Assembly: GCA_963845535.1 (NCBI GenBank)
Contig: CAWJSK010000013.1
Span: 1 to 64,000 of the forward strand
Direction of reading: 5' to 3'
Length of the DNA: 64,000 nucleotides
From: an uncultured Spirochaetota bacterium
GTDB taxonomy: Bacteria; Spirochaetota; Spirochaetia; SZUA-6; Fen-1364
Positions 63,019 to 64,000 of this stretch are shown one piece after another; positions within the stretch are counted from its first letter, which is position 1, and the number at the start of each line of letters is the position of its first letter. The position numbers and the translations under genes were made by a program. The notes below the pieces were generated by a model that saw only the letters and a program-made list of their open reading frames with translations, was not told the origin of the DNA and ran no database searches.

Positions 63019-63076
63019 CCTATCGAAAACGCAAAATTCCCAAGGGCAAACTTGGGAATTTTGCGTTTTCGATAGG
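63019..63076. terminator. perfect 26-bp inverted repeat between convergent genes
   Basis: CCTATCGAAAACGCAAAATTCCCAAG-GGCAAA-CTTGGGAATTTTGCGTTTTCGATAGG. Confidence 0.55.
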
Positions 63077-63119
63077 CCCGGCAGGTTAATTCCGGGTTTT
63101 GAAGCGATGACTGCGCTCT

Positions 63120-63722
63120 TCATGTCCTCGTCAATTCCTTCGATATGCCAGCTATCAGAAGTGCCTTCAGCTTGTTGAAGCGGTCCACACCAATCATCTG
63201 TCTATTCATTATGAGAGCCAAAATCATCCTGGGCAGCCCGGCAATGATCTTCTTATCGACGTTCCGGATTATTTTCCCTTCCAGAAGCTTCTTATGAAAT
63301 GATTCAAAGAAATGCTCGTCAGACTCATACTCCTTTTCGATGGCTTCTTCGGGAAGACTTCGAAGGAGATCCGTCATCACATCTGCTTTAGCCATCTCCT
63401 TCATGAATGGAAACTCTTCAAATACATCGAAAAGGCCAGCGACAAACCTTGCCATGATTTCCGTTGGATTCTTCCCGGGCGGCTCAAGTATCTTCAGAAG
63501 TCGCGTCCGAGCTACGTCTTGCACGGAACGGATTGCGTCGAGGACAAGCATTTCCTTTGAGTCATAGAACAGGTAAAACGCCCCCTTTGAAATCCGTGCC
63601 GCCTTGACAACGTGATCTATGCTGGTCTTCTTGAGCCCCTTTTCGGAAATTGATTCGCTCATGGCTCGAATCAAAGACGCTCGTATTCTCTCTTTTTCAG
63701 TTTCTGTAAATGCTCTTGCCAC
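63120..63722 (-). CDS. TetR/AcrR family regulator
   Basis: GLKKTSIDHVVKAARISKGAFYLFYDSKE. Confidence 0.9.
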   Translation of the reverse strand: MARAFTETEKERIRASLIRAMSESISEKGLKKTSIDHVVKAARISKGAFYLFYDSKEMLVLDAIRSVQDVARTRLLKILEPPGKNPTEIMARFVAGLFDVFEEFPFMKEMAKADVMTDLLRSLPEEAIEKEYESDEHFFESFHKKLLEGKIIRNVDKKIIAGLPRMILALIMNRQMIGVDRFNKLKALLIAGISKELTRT

Positions 63723-63740
63723 GGCTAACCTCGCAGGGAT

Positions 63741-63998
63741 TCATTTCTCGCAAAAGGCCTTTATGCCTTTCATCACTTCCCGGGATCTTTCTTTCGTCTT
63801 CTTGCGCAGGATCAGGGGGTTGAGAACCTTATAGAAAAACCCAACGGGATTGTAGAAGCCTTCGAACCTGAGGATGGTTTCGTGATTGCCTTGAGGGATC
63901 AGGGTTGATTCAACGACGTAGTCCGCGAAAATCTTATGCAGTCCCCACGTGTCTTCCCCCATGGCTGTGGACATCTTAACACCAGGGACGTAGTCTAC
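63741..63998 (-). CDS. SRPBCC-like protein, 5' partial
   Basis: Frame open to the window edge; terminal helix ..VMKGIKAFCEK. Confidence 0.5.
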   Translation of the reverse strand, partial: VDYVPGVKMSTAMGEDTWGLHKIFADYVVESTLIPQGNHETILRFEGFYNPVGFFYKVLNPLILRKKTKERSREVMKGIKAFCEK

Positions 63999-64000
63999 CA

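Noticed and set aside
1..64000. CRISPR array or cas genes
   Set aside because: No regularly spaced direct repeats; the helicases lack HD/Cas3 context

Overview
GC-rich bacterial accessory region. Tentatively spirochaete-like, based on the gene families and a dispersed repeat; this is not proven. The core is a ~26-kb defence island (8.5-34.4 kb) with four parts. (1) An AbiE type IV toxin-antitoxin (TA) pair. (2) A tightly coupled operon: DUF262/HNH nuclease, 1714-aa YprA/DUF1998 helicase-nuclease, SNF2 helicase, a nested VapBC pair, and an N6-adenine methyltransferase (DISARM-related). (3) An Avs-like nuclease-STAND NTPase. (4) A caspase-like protease fused to a Hel308/Ski2 helicase, preceded by a 57-aa protein and divergent from an HTH-ImmA/IrrE peptidase plus PIN nuclease across a palindromic double promoter. 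Part 4 is my best candidate for an undescribed system. The flanks hold more than a dozen intact or decayed TA modules, regulator/detoxification pairs, a tyrosine recombinase and a miniature deletion derivative of it, and an ISAzo13-family IS. They also hold short duplicated gene fragments and at least 9 full or partial copies of a modular structured repeat (GCGTGAG...CCCGACCC...GGGGCACGCCC). glpF-glpK and a two-component system lie near the right end. Several genes, including glpK, carry single-base frameshifts that are probably sequencing errors. No tRNA, rRNA or CRISPR array was seen. All family assignments come from motif recognition, not from database searches.
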